This document shows positions 56,356-64,000 of a stretch of DNA of 64,000 nt, piece by piece. Position 1 is the first letter of the stretch, and each line of letters opens with the position of its first letter. This DNA is from Escherichia coli (GTDB taxonomy: Bacteria > Pseudomonadota > Gammaproteobacteria > Enterobacterales > Enterobacteriaceae): the NCBI RefSeq assembly GCF_003018115.1, contig NZ_CP027457.1, one strand, 5' to 3'. The notes under the pieces were generated by a model. It was not told the origin of the DNA. It did no database searches and saw nothing but the letters and a program-made list of their open reading frames with translations. A program made the position numbers and the translations under genes.

Positions 56356-59127
56356 ATGATCCAGATTGATCTTCCCACGCTGGTAAAACGGCTGAACCTG
56401 TTCTCCCGCCAGGCGCTGGAGATGGCCGCCTCTGAATGTATGAGTCAGCAGGCTGCGGAAATTACCGTCAGCCATGTGCTTATTCAGATGCTCGCCATGC
56501 CACGCAGTGACCTGCGGGTTATTACCCGCCAGGGCGATATTGGCATGGAAGAGTTGCGCCAGGCGTTGACGGTAGAGAACTACACAACCGCCCGTTCTGC
56601 GGACAGCTACCCGGCGTTTTCCCCGATGCTGGTTGAGTGGCTTAAAGAGGGCTGGCTGCTGGCGTCGGCTGAGATGCAGCACAGCGAACTGCGCGGCGGC
56701 GTGTTGCTGCTGGCCTTGCTGCATTCGCCGCTGCGTTATATACCGCCTGCTGCCGCCCGGCTGTTGACCGGCATTAACCGTGACCGTCTGCAACAGGACT
56801 TTGTGCAGTGGACACAGGAGTCGGCGGAATCAGTCGTGCCGGATGCAGACGGTAAAGGCGCAGGCACACTGACGGACGGCTCTGACACCCTGCTTGCCCG
56901 CTACGCCAAAAACATGACCGCAGACGCCCGTAACGGCAGGCTAGACCCGGTACTGTGCCGCGACCACGAAATCGACCTGATGATCGACATTCTCTGCCGC
57001 CGCCGTAAAAACAACCCGGTGGTGGTGGGCGAAGCAGGCGTGGGTAAAAGCGCGCTGATTGAAGGGCTGGCGCTGCGCATCGTGGCAGGCCAGGTGCCGG
57101 ACAAACTGAAAAACACCGATATCATGACCCTTGACCTGGGCGCATTGCAGGCCGGGGCATCGGTGAAGGGTGAGTTTGAAAAACGCTTCAAGGGGCTGAT
57201 GGCGGAGGTCATTTCCTCTCCGGTGCCGGTCATTCTGTTTATCGACGAAGCGCATACCCTGATTGGCGCGGGCAACCAGCAGGGCGGGCTGGATATCTCC
57301 AACCTGCTGAAACCGGCGCTGGCGCGTGGCGAACTGAAAACCATCGCCGCCACCACCTGGAGCGAGTACAAAAAATACTTCGAGAAAGACGCCGCCCTGT
57401 CGCGCCGCTTCCAGTTAGTGAAGGTCAGCGAACCCAACGCTGCCGAAGCCACCATTATTCTGCGTGGTCTGTCGGCGGTCTATGAACGGTCTCACGGCGT
57501 GCTGATTGACGATGATGCCTTGCAGGCCGCAGCAACGCTGAGCGAACGTTATCTCTCCGGGCGTCAGTTACCGGACAAAGCGATTGATGTGCTGGATACC
57601 GCCTGCGCCCGTGTGGCCATCAACCTGTCGTCGCCGCCGAAGCAAATCTCGGCGCTGACCACTCTGAGCCACCAGCAGGAGGCGGAAATTCGCCAGCTTG
57701 AGCGCGAGCTTCGCATCGGACTGCGTACCGACACATCACGGATGACCGAGGTGCTGGTGCAGTATGATGAAACGCTGACGGCGCTGGATGAACTGGAAGC
57801 GGCCTGGCACCAGCAGCAGACGCTGGTCCGGGAGATTATCGCGCTGCGCCAGCAGTTACTGGGCGTGGCAGAGGACGATGCGGCGCCGTTGCCGGACGCA
57901 GATACCGTGGAGGATACGCAGCCAGAGTCAGAGTCAGAGTCAGAACAGGATAATACCGGTGCCGTACCGGCTGATGAGGCCGACAGAGAACAGCCGGAAG
58001 AGACCGCTGAAACAGTTTCCCCGGTACAGCGGCTGGCCCAGCTCACTGCCGAACTGGACGCCCTGCATAACGACCGGTTGCTGGTCTCCCCGCACGTCGA
58101 TAAAAAACAGATTGCGGCGGTGATTGCCGAATGGACCGGCGTGCCGCTCAACCGCCTGTCGCAGAATGAAATGTCGGTCATCACCGACCTGCCGAAATGG
58201 CTGGGCGACACCATCAAAGGCCAGGACCTGGCGATTGCCAGCCTGCATAAGTATCTACTGACCGCACGCGCCGACCTGCGTCGTCCGGGACGCCCGCTCG
58301 GTGCGTTCCTGCTGGCTGGCCCCAGCGGTGTGGGTAAAACCGAAACCGTCCTGCAACTGGCAGAGCTGCTCTACGGCGGTCGCCAGTACCTGACCACCAT
58401 CAATATGTCCGAATTCCAGGAGAAACACACCGTCTCGCGGCTGATTGGTTCGCCTCCGGGCTACGTTGGCTACGGTGAAGGCGGCGTACTGACCGAAGCG
58501 ATTCGCCAGAAACCCTACTCGGTAGTACTGCTCGATGAAGTGGAAAAAGCGCACCCGGATGTGCTCAACCTGTTCTACCAGGCGTTCGATAAGGGCGAAA
58601 TGGCAGACGGTGAAGGCCGCCTGATTGACTGCAAAAATATCGTCTTCTTCCTGACGTCCAACCTCGGCTACCAGGTAATAGTCGAGCATGCCGATGACCC
58701 GGAAACCATGCAGGAAGTACTGTATCCGGTGCTGGCCGACTTCTTCAAACCTGCCCTGCTGGCGCGTATGGAAGTGGTGCCGTATCTGCCGCTGTCGAAA
58801 GAGACGCTCGCCACCATTATCGCCGGGAAACTGGCCCGTCTGGATAACGTGCTGCGCAGTCGCTTTGGTGCAGAAGTGGCCATTGAACCGGAAGTGACGG
58901 ACGAAATCATGAGCCGCGTCACCCGCGCGGAAAACGGCGCGAGGATGCTGGAATCGGTCATCGATGGCGACATGCTACCGCCGCTCTCGCTGCAGCTGTT
59001 GCAGAAAATGGCGGCTAACACGGCGATTGCCCGGATTCGGTTGTCGGCAGTGGACGGCGCATTTACGGCAGACGTGGAAGATGCTCAGAACGACGAGTCC
59101 GTCACAAAGGATGAAACGGTTTTATGA
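56356..59127 (+). CDS. clpV: T6SS AAA+ ATPase ClpV (TssH)
   Basis: Two AAA modules: Walker A GEAGVGKSA and GPSGVGKTE; start set at MIQIDLPTLVKRLN (in-frame internal ATG of ORF 56242). Confidence 0.9.
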   Translation: MIQIDLPTLVKRLNLFSRQALEMAASECMSQQAAEITVSHVLIQMLAMPRSDLRVITRQGDIGMEELRQALTVENYTTARSADSYPAFSPMLVEWLKEGWLLASAEMQHSELRGGVLLLALLHSPLRYIPPAAARLLTGINRDRLQQDFVQWTQESAESVVPDADGKGAGTLTDGSDTLLARYAKNMTADARNGRLDPVLCRDHEIDLMIDILCRRRKNNPVVVGEAGVGKSALIEGLALRIVAGQVPDKLKNTDIMTLDLGALQAGASVKGEFEKRFKGLMAEVISSPVPVILFIDEAHTLIGAGNQQGGLDISNLLKPALARGELKTIAATTWSEYKKYFEKDAALSRRFQLVKVSEPNAAEATIILRGLSAVYERSHGVLIDDDALQAAATLSERYLSGRQLPDKAIDVLDTACARVAINLSSPPKQISALTTLSHQQEAEIRQLERELRIGLRTDTSRMTEVLVQYDETLTALDELEAAWHQQQTLVREIIALRQQLLGVAEDDAAPLPDADTVEDTQPESESESEQDNTGAVPADEADREQPEETAETVSPVQRLAQLTAELDALHNDRLLVSPHVDKKQIAAVIAEWTGVPLNRLSQNEMSVITDLPKWLGDTIKGQDLAIASLHKYLLTARADLRRPGRPLGAFLLAGPSGVGKTETVLQLAELLYGGRQYLTTINMSEFQEKHTVSRLIGSPPGYVGYGEGGVLTEAIRQKPYSVVLLDEVEKAHPDVLNLFYQAFDKGEMADGEGRLIDCKNIVFFLTSNLGYQVIVEHADDPETMQEVLYPVLADFFKPALLARMEVVPYLPLSKETLATIIAGKLARLDNVLRSRFGAEVAIEPEVTDEIMSRVTRAENGARMLESVIDGDMLPPLSLQLLQKMAANTAIARIRLSAVDGAFTADVEDAQNDESVTKDETVL

Positions 59128-59867
59128 GCAGGTTGCGCGTTTTCCGGCAGACAGGATGGTTTATCGCGGGCCTGATGACGGGCTTACCCGCCACTGCCGC
59201 GCCCGCAGAAGCATCGTCAATGGCCAGTGTGGCGGTCGCCGTCGCCACCACGACCCCGCCGGATGCGACAGCCACGTTACAGGCCATGCAGTCCTGTCGG
59301 CGGGAGTCCGCGGCGCTGGAGCGGCTTGACTGCTATGACCGCCTGCTGGCACCGCTGTCCCCGTCAGGGTTTGACGGGGCGCTGGTCAAAGCCGGTTTTG
59401 TGGGCGAGGCCTGGACCCGCGCCACAGAGCAGGAAAAACGCCGCGAGGGCAACACCACAGAACTGCTGGTGACGCAGGTGCCGGGGGAGCGCCCGACGGT
59501 GGTGATAACCACCCCGGCTATCGGCCATGTTCCGCCGCGCCCGGTGCTGATGTTCAGTTGCGTGGACAATATCACCCGGATGCAGGTGGCGCTGATGCAC
59601 CCTCTGGATGTCCATGATATCGCCGTCACTCTGAATGCCGACAGCCGGGCATTGCGCAGCCACTGGTTTGTGCGCGAGAACGGCACCCTGCTGGAGTCCA
59701 GCCGGGGGCTGTCCGGGATTGATGAAATTAAGCAACTGTTCGGCGCAAAAACGCTGACAGTGGATACCGGCGCAGATAACGCCGCAGGAAAGCTGACCTT
59801 TAACATTGACGGGCTGGCAAGGGCGATTGCCCCCCTGCGCGATGCCTGCCACTGGGCGGGAGAATAA
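59124..59867 (+). CDS. T6SS-associated periplasmic protein (VasI/TagO-like), function unknown
   Basis: 247 aa with signal peptide; overlaps clpV stop and precedes tssA. Confidence 0.5.
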   Translation: MSRLRVFRQTGWFIAGLMTGLPATAAPAEASSMASVAVAVATTTPPDATATLQAMQSCRRESAALERLDCYDRLLAPLSPSGFDGALVKAGFVGEAWTRATEQEKRREGNTTELLVTQVPGERPTVVITTPAIGHVPPRPVLMFSCVDNITRMQVALMHPLDVHDIAVTLNADSRALRSHWFVRENGTLLESSRGLSGIDEIKQLFGAKTLTVDTGADNAAGKLTFNIDGLARAIAPLRDACHWAGE

Positions 59868-59871
59868 AAAT

Positions 59872-61284
59872 ATGGCAATGGACTTACGCGATCCGAATGT
59901 CTGGATATCGCACCTGCTGGAAAACCTGCCAGAAGAAAAACTGGCATCGGCGCTGAAAGATGACAACCCGAACTGGGAGTATATCGACGGCGAAATCGTC
60001 AAACTGGGATCTCTGGCCCACAGTCAACTGGATATCCCGGAACTCCAGCGCCGGGGGCTGGTCATTCTGGCTTCGGAGAGTAAGGACTTTCGTCTGCTGG
60101 CGCATCTGCTGAGAACCCTGCAACACGCCGGTGATCCTCATCTCGCATTGCGCCTGCTGGCGCTGTATGTGGAGCATTACTGGTCGGTGGCTGCGCCGCA
60201 GAATATGGCACATAAAAAACGCTTTGCCAGCCAGGTCATTAAACGCTTTGAAACAGGTATTGAAGGCTTTTCACAGAACGCCGCCACAGCGCAGCGCGAC
60301 GCGCTGTCAGGGGAACTGGCGAAACTGGCGCAGTGCTGGCAGTCACATAACGCCCCGGAACTGGCACTGGCTACCGATGATCTTTTTGCCCTGTACCAGC
60401 GTGCGTTTAATCGTGCGGCACCGGCTCCTGCCCCCACTCCGGCGGCCTCCGATAGTTCACCACAGACCACCGCCACGTCTGAAAGCGGCGTGACGCAACC
60501 CAGTGCTCCGACTCCCCAAATCGCCATCGACAGTCACGACGACAAAGCCTGGCGCGACACGCTGTTAAAAGTGGCGGCTATTTTATGTGAACGCCAGCCG
60601 GACTCGCCGCAGGGCTATCGCCTGCGCCGCCATGCCCTGTGGCAATCCATCACCAGTACACCCCAGGCGGAAAGCGATGGACGTACCCCATTGGCTGCGG
60701 TCTCTGCCGATATGGTGGCGGATTACCAGTCCCGGCTTGCCAGCGCGGATATGGCGCTGTGGCAGCAGGTTGAGAAAAGCGTATTGCTGGCTCCTTACTG
60801 GCTGGACGGTCACTGTCTTTCTGCACAGACGGCACTGCGTCTGGGTTACAAACAGGTGGCAGACACCATCCGCGATGAGGTCATCCGCTTCCTTGAGCGT
60901 CTGCCCCAGCTTACCGGGCTGCTGTTTAATGACCGCACACCGTTTCTCAGTGAGCAGACGAAACAATGGCTGGCTGCTTCGCCCGACGGCAAAGTTGCAC
61001 CGGTTGCGCAAATCGGTGAGGAATCGCAGGCAGCCAGAGCCTGTTTTGCTGGGCAGGGTCTGGAGGCGGCGCTGCGATATCTGGACATGCTACCCGAAGG
61101 CGATCCCCGCGATCAGTTTCACCGCCAGTACCTTGCCGCACAGTTGACGGAGGAGGCGGGGCTGATACAGCTTGCGCAGCAACAGTACCGGATGTTGTTG
61201 ATGATAGGGAGTCAGATGATGGTGTCTGACTGGGAGCCATCATTACTTACGCAGCTTGAACAAAAATTCACGGCAGAACAATAA
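59872..61284 (+). CDS. tssA: T6SS protein TssA (ImpA N-terminal domain)
   Basis: Start MAMDLRDPNVWISHLLENLPEEKLASAL with GGGAG RBS; ~470 aa. Confidence 0.8.
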   Translation: MAMDLRDPNVWISHLLENLPEEKLASALKDDNPNWEYIDGEIVKLGSLAHSQLDIPELQRRGLVILASESKDFRLLAHLLRTLQHAGDPHLALRLLALYVEHYWSVAAPQNMAHKKRFASQVIKRFETGIEGFSQNAATAQRDALSGELAKLAQCWQSHNAPELALATDDLFALYQRAFNRAAPAPAPTPAASDSSPQTTATSESGVTQPSAPTPQIAIDSHDDKAWRDTLLKVAAILCERQPDSPQGYRLRRHALWQSITSTPQAESDGRTPLAAVSADMVADYQSRLASADMALWQQVEKSVLLAPYWLDGHCLSAQTALRLGYKQVADTIRDEVIRFLERLPQLTGLLFNDRTPFLSEQTKQWLAASPDGKVAPVAQIGEESQAARACFAGQGLEAALRYLDMLPEGDPRDQFHRQYLAAQLTEEAGLIQLAQQQYRMLLMIGSQMMVSDWEPSLLTQLEQKFTAEQ

Positions 61285-61302
61285 AAGAGAACAGGAGTTT
61301 TT

Positions 61303-64000
61303 GTGTTCAGATTACCAACACCCCGACTACTCAGCGGACTCAAATCAGCCCTACGCCCGGCGATGCCCCGGTTTAAAGTCTCCGCTTTCTGGCTGCTGAT
61401 ACTGGCGTGGATTTTTCTGCTGGTATGGATCTGGTGGAAAGGCTCGACGTGGACGCTGTATGAAGAACAGTGGCTCAAACCACTGGCGAACCGCTGGCTG
61501 GCAACGGCGGCATGGGGGATTATCGCCCTGGTGTGGCTTACCGTCCGGGTGATGAAGCGCCTGCAACAACTTGAAAAAATGCAAAAGCAGCAGCGCGAGG
61601 AGGCCATTGATCCGCTCAGTGTGGAGCTGAACGCCCAGCAGCGTTACCTTGACCGCTGGCTGCTGCGCCTGCAACGCCATCTCGACAACCGCCGTTTCCT
61701 GTGGCAGTTGCCGTGGTATATGGTCATCGGCCCGGCGGGCAGTGGCAAAACGACACTGCTGGGCGAGGGGTTTCCGTCAGACATTATTTATGCCCCGGAA
61801 GGCGCGCGCGGCACAGAACAACGCCTGTACCTTACGCCCCATGTCGGTAAACAGGCGGTGATCTTTGATATCGACGGCACACTCTGCGCTCCCGCTGATG
61901 CGGATATCCTGCATCGCCGTCTGTGGGAACATGCCCTCGGCTGGCTGAAAGAAAAGCGCGCGCGCCAGCCGCTGAACGGGATTATTCTGACACTCGATTT
62001 ACCCGATCTGCTTACCGCAGACAAACGCCGCCGCGAGCATCTGTTACAGACGCTGCGCAGCCGCTTGCAGGATATACGCCAGCATCTTCACTGCCAGTTA
62101 CCGGTTTACGTGGTACTCACCCGGCTTGATTTATTGCAGGGTTTTGCCGCCCTGTTCCAGTCACTGAACAGACAGGATCGCGATGCGATTCTGGGCGTCA
62201 CGTTCACCCGCCGCGCCCATGAAAATGATGACTGGCGAACAGAGTTGAATGCTTTCTGGCAGACATGGGTGGATCGAATGAACCTAGCGTTGCCGGATCT
62301 GATGGTCGCTCAGACTCACACCCGCGCGTCTTTATTTAGTTTTTCCCGCCAGATGCAGGGAAGCCGTGAACCGCTGGTGTCACTGCTTGAGGGTCTACTT
62401 GATGGCGAAAATATGAACGTGATGCTGCGTGGTGTCTATCTCACCTCTTCGCTTCAGCGTGGACAGATGGATGATATATTCACCCAGTCTGCCGCCCGCC
62501 AGTACCGGCTGGGCAATAACCCACTGGCGTCCTGGCCTCTGGTGGACACCGCGCCTTATTTCACCCGCAGCTTGTTCCCGCAGGCATTACTCGCAGAGCC
62601 TAATCTGGCAACGGAGAGCCGCGCCTGGCTGATGCGTTCCCGTCGCCGCCTGACGGTTTTCTCTACCACAGGAGGCGTGGCGGCACTGCTGCTCATCACC
62701 GGCTGGCATCACTATTACAACGGTAACTATCAGTCCGGCATCACCGTGCTTAAGCAGGCCAAAGCCTTTATGGATGTGCCGCCTCCACAGGGGGAAGATG
62801 ACTACGGCAACCTGCAACTGCCGCTGCTGAACCCGGTACGCGATGCCACACTGGCCTATGGCGACTGGGGCGACCGCAGCCGTCTGGCCGATATGGGACT
62901 GTACCAGGGACGACGTATCGGGCCTTATGTGGAACAGACCTATCTGCAACTGCTGGAGCAACGTTACCTGCCCTCGCTGTTTAACGGGCTGGTTAAAGCG
63001 ATGAATGCCGCGCCGCCGGAGAGTGAAGAAAAACTCGCGGTGCTGCGCGTGATGCGAATGCTGGAGGACAAAAGCGGACGTAACAATGAGGTGGTGAAGC
63101 AGTATATGGCAAAACGCTGGAGCGAAAAGTTCCACGGCCAGCGCGATATCCAGGCACAACTGATGTCCCATCTTGACTACGCGCTGGCTCATACTGACTG
63201 GCACGCAGAGCGTCAGGCGGGCGACGGTGACGCCATCAGCCGCTGGACGCCATATGACAAGCCCGTGGTATCAGCACAGAAAGAACTGAGCAAACTGCCT
63301 GTCTACCAGCGGGTTTACCAGAGCCTGAAAACGCGGGCGCTGGGCGTTCTTCCTGCCGACCTCAATCTGCGTGACCAGGTAGGGCCAACCTTTGACCAGG
63401 TGTTTACATCTGCCGATGACAACAAACTGGTTGTTCCACAGTTTCTTACCCGTTACGGCCTGCAAAGCTATTTTGTAAAACAGCGCGATGAACTGGTTGA
63501 ACTGACGGCGATGGATTCCTGGGTACTTAACCTTACCCGCAGCGTGAAATACAGTGACGCCGACCGCGCGGAAATCCAGCGCCAGCTCACCGAGCAGTAT
63601 ATCAGCGACTACACCGCCACCTGGCGGGCCGGGATGGACAATCTGAATATCCGCAATTTTGAGTCCATCGGACAACTGACCGGGGCGCTGGAGCAGGTTA
63701 TCAGCGGCGACCAGCCTTTGCAGCGGGCGCTGACCGTGCTGCGTGACAACACACAGCCAGGCGTCTTTTCTGAAAAACTCTCTGCCAAAGAACGGGATGA
63801 GGCCCTGGCAGAGCCGGACTACCAGTTACTCACCCGTCTCGGGCATGAGTTCGCCCCGGAAAACAGTACCCTGGCAGTACAGAAAGACAAAGAAAGCACG
63901 ATGCAGGCAGTATATCAGCAACTCACCGAGTTGCACCGCTACCTGCTGGCAATCCAGAACGCGCCTGTACCAGGGAAATCGGCGCTGAAAGCCGTGCAGT
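61303..64000 (+). CDS. tssM: T6SS membrane complex protein TssM (IcmF), N-terminal ~900 aa; partial, runs off window end
   Basis: GTG start VFRLPTPRLL; TM helices then Walker A GPAGSGKTT; open frame to 64000, not in ORF track because no stop in window. Confidence 0.85.
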   Translation, partial: MFRLPTPRLLSGLKSALRPAMPRFKVSAFWLLILAWIFLLVWIWWKGSTWTLYEEQWLKPLANRWLATAAWGIIALVWLTVRVMKRLQQLEKMQKQQREEAIDPLSVELNAQQRYLDRWLLRLQRHLDNRRFLWQLPWYMVIGPAGSGKTTLLGEGFPSDIIYAPEGARGTEQRLYLTPHVGKQAVIFDIDGTLCAPADADILHRRLWEHALGWLKEKRARQPLNGIILTLDLPDLLTADKRRREHLLQTLRSRLQDIRQHLHCQLPVYVVLTRLDLLQGFAALFQSLNRQDRDAILGVTFTRRAHENDDWRTELNAFWQTWVDRMNLALPDLMVAQTHTRASLFSFSRQMQGSREPLVSLLEGLLDGENMNVMLRGVYLTSSLQRGQMDDIFTQSAARQYRLGNNPLASWPLVDTAPYFTRSLFPQALLAEPNLATESRAWLMRSRRRLTVFSTTGGVAALLLITGWHHYYNGNYQSGITVLKQAKAFMDVPPPQGEDDYGNLQLPLLNPVRDATLAYGDWGDRSRLADMGLYQGRRIGPYVEQTYLQLLEQRYLPSLFNGLVKAMNAAPPESEEKLAVLRVMRMLEDKSGRNNEVVKQYMAKRWSEKFHGQRDIQAQLMSHLDYALAHTDWHAERQAGDGDAISRWTPYDKPVVSAQKELSKLPVYQRVYQSLKTRALGVLPADLNLRDQVGPTFDQVFTSADDNKLVVPQFLTRYGLQSYFVKQRDELVELTAMDSWVLNLTRSVKYSDADRAEIQRQLTEQYISDYTATWRAGMDNLNIRNFESIGQLTGALEQVISGDQPLQRALTVLRDNTQPGVFSEKLSAKERDEALAEPDYQLLTRLGHEFAPENSTLAVQKDKESTMQAVYQQLTELHRYLLAIQNAPVPGKSALKAVQ

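Overview
This window is Escherichia coli chromosome, in reverse orientation relative to the K-12 map as I recall it. Gene identities were assigned by reading the supplied ORF translations against remembered protein families; no database search was run. Left to right it contains: the end of the ecp pilus operon (ecpD 3' end, ecpE), ykgJ, yagU, the periplasmic aldehyde oxidoreductase operon paoABCD, a ~6.5 kb block of two divergent LysR-regulated modules, an intact tRNA-Thr (thrW) with no prophage or integrase beside it, then the conserved backbone proA-proB, phoE, crl, frsA, gpt, pepD, prfH/ykfJ remnant, yafP-dinB (no yafNO between them), the Flag-2 deletion scar (lafU and lfhA fragments), rayT flanked by REP clusters, yafL, dinJ-yafQ, yafK, yafJ, gmhA, fadE, ivy and yafV. 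From about 36.2 kb to the window end is an accessory island: tandem ISAs1/H-repeat elements (one complete, one internally deleted), a 1501-aa PAAR-Rhs protein with a variable C-terminal toxin domain and an overlapping immunity gene, vgrG and hcp on the minus strand, and a divergent type VI secretion core operon tssB-tssC-tssE-tssF-tssG-tagH-tssJ-tssK-tssL-clpV-vasI-like-tssA-tssM (tssM runs off the window). The T6SS and Rhs architecture are known classes. The parts I could not assign, and that most deserve follow-up, are the Rhs C-terminal toxin with its immunity protein, a tssC N-terminal paralog ORF between tssB and tssC, and a 26-codon nucleotidyltransferase stub after paoD. No CRISPR array or rRNA was seen.
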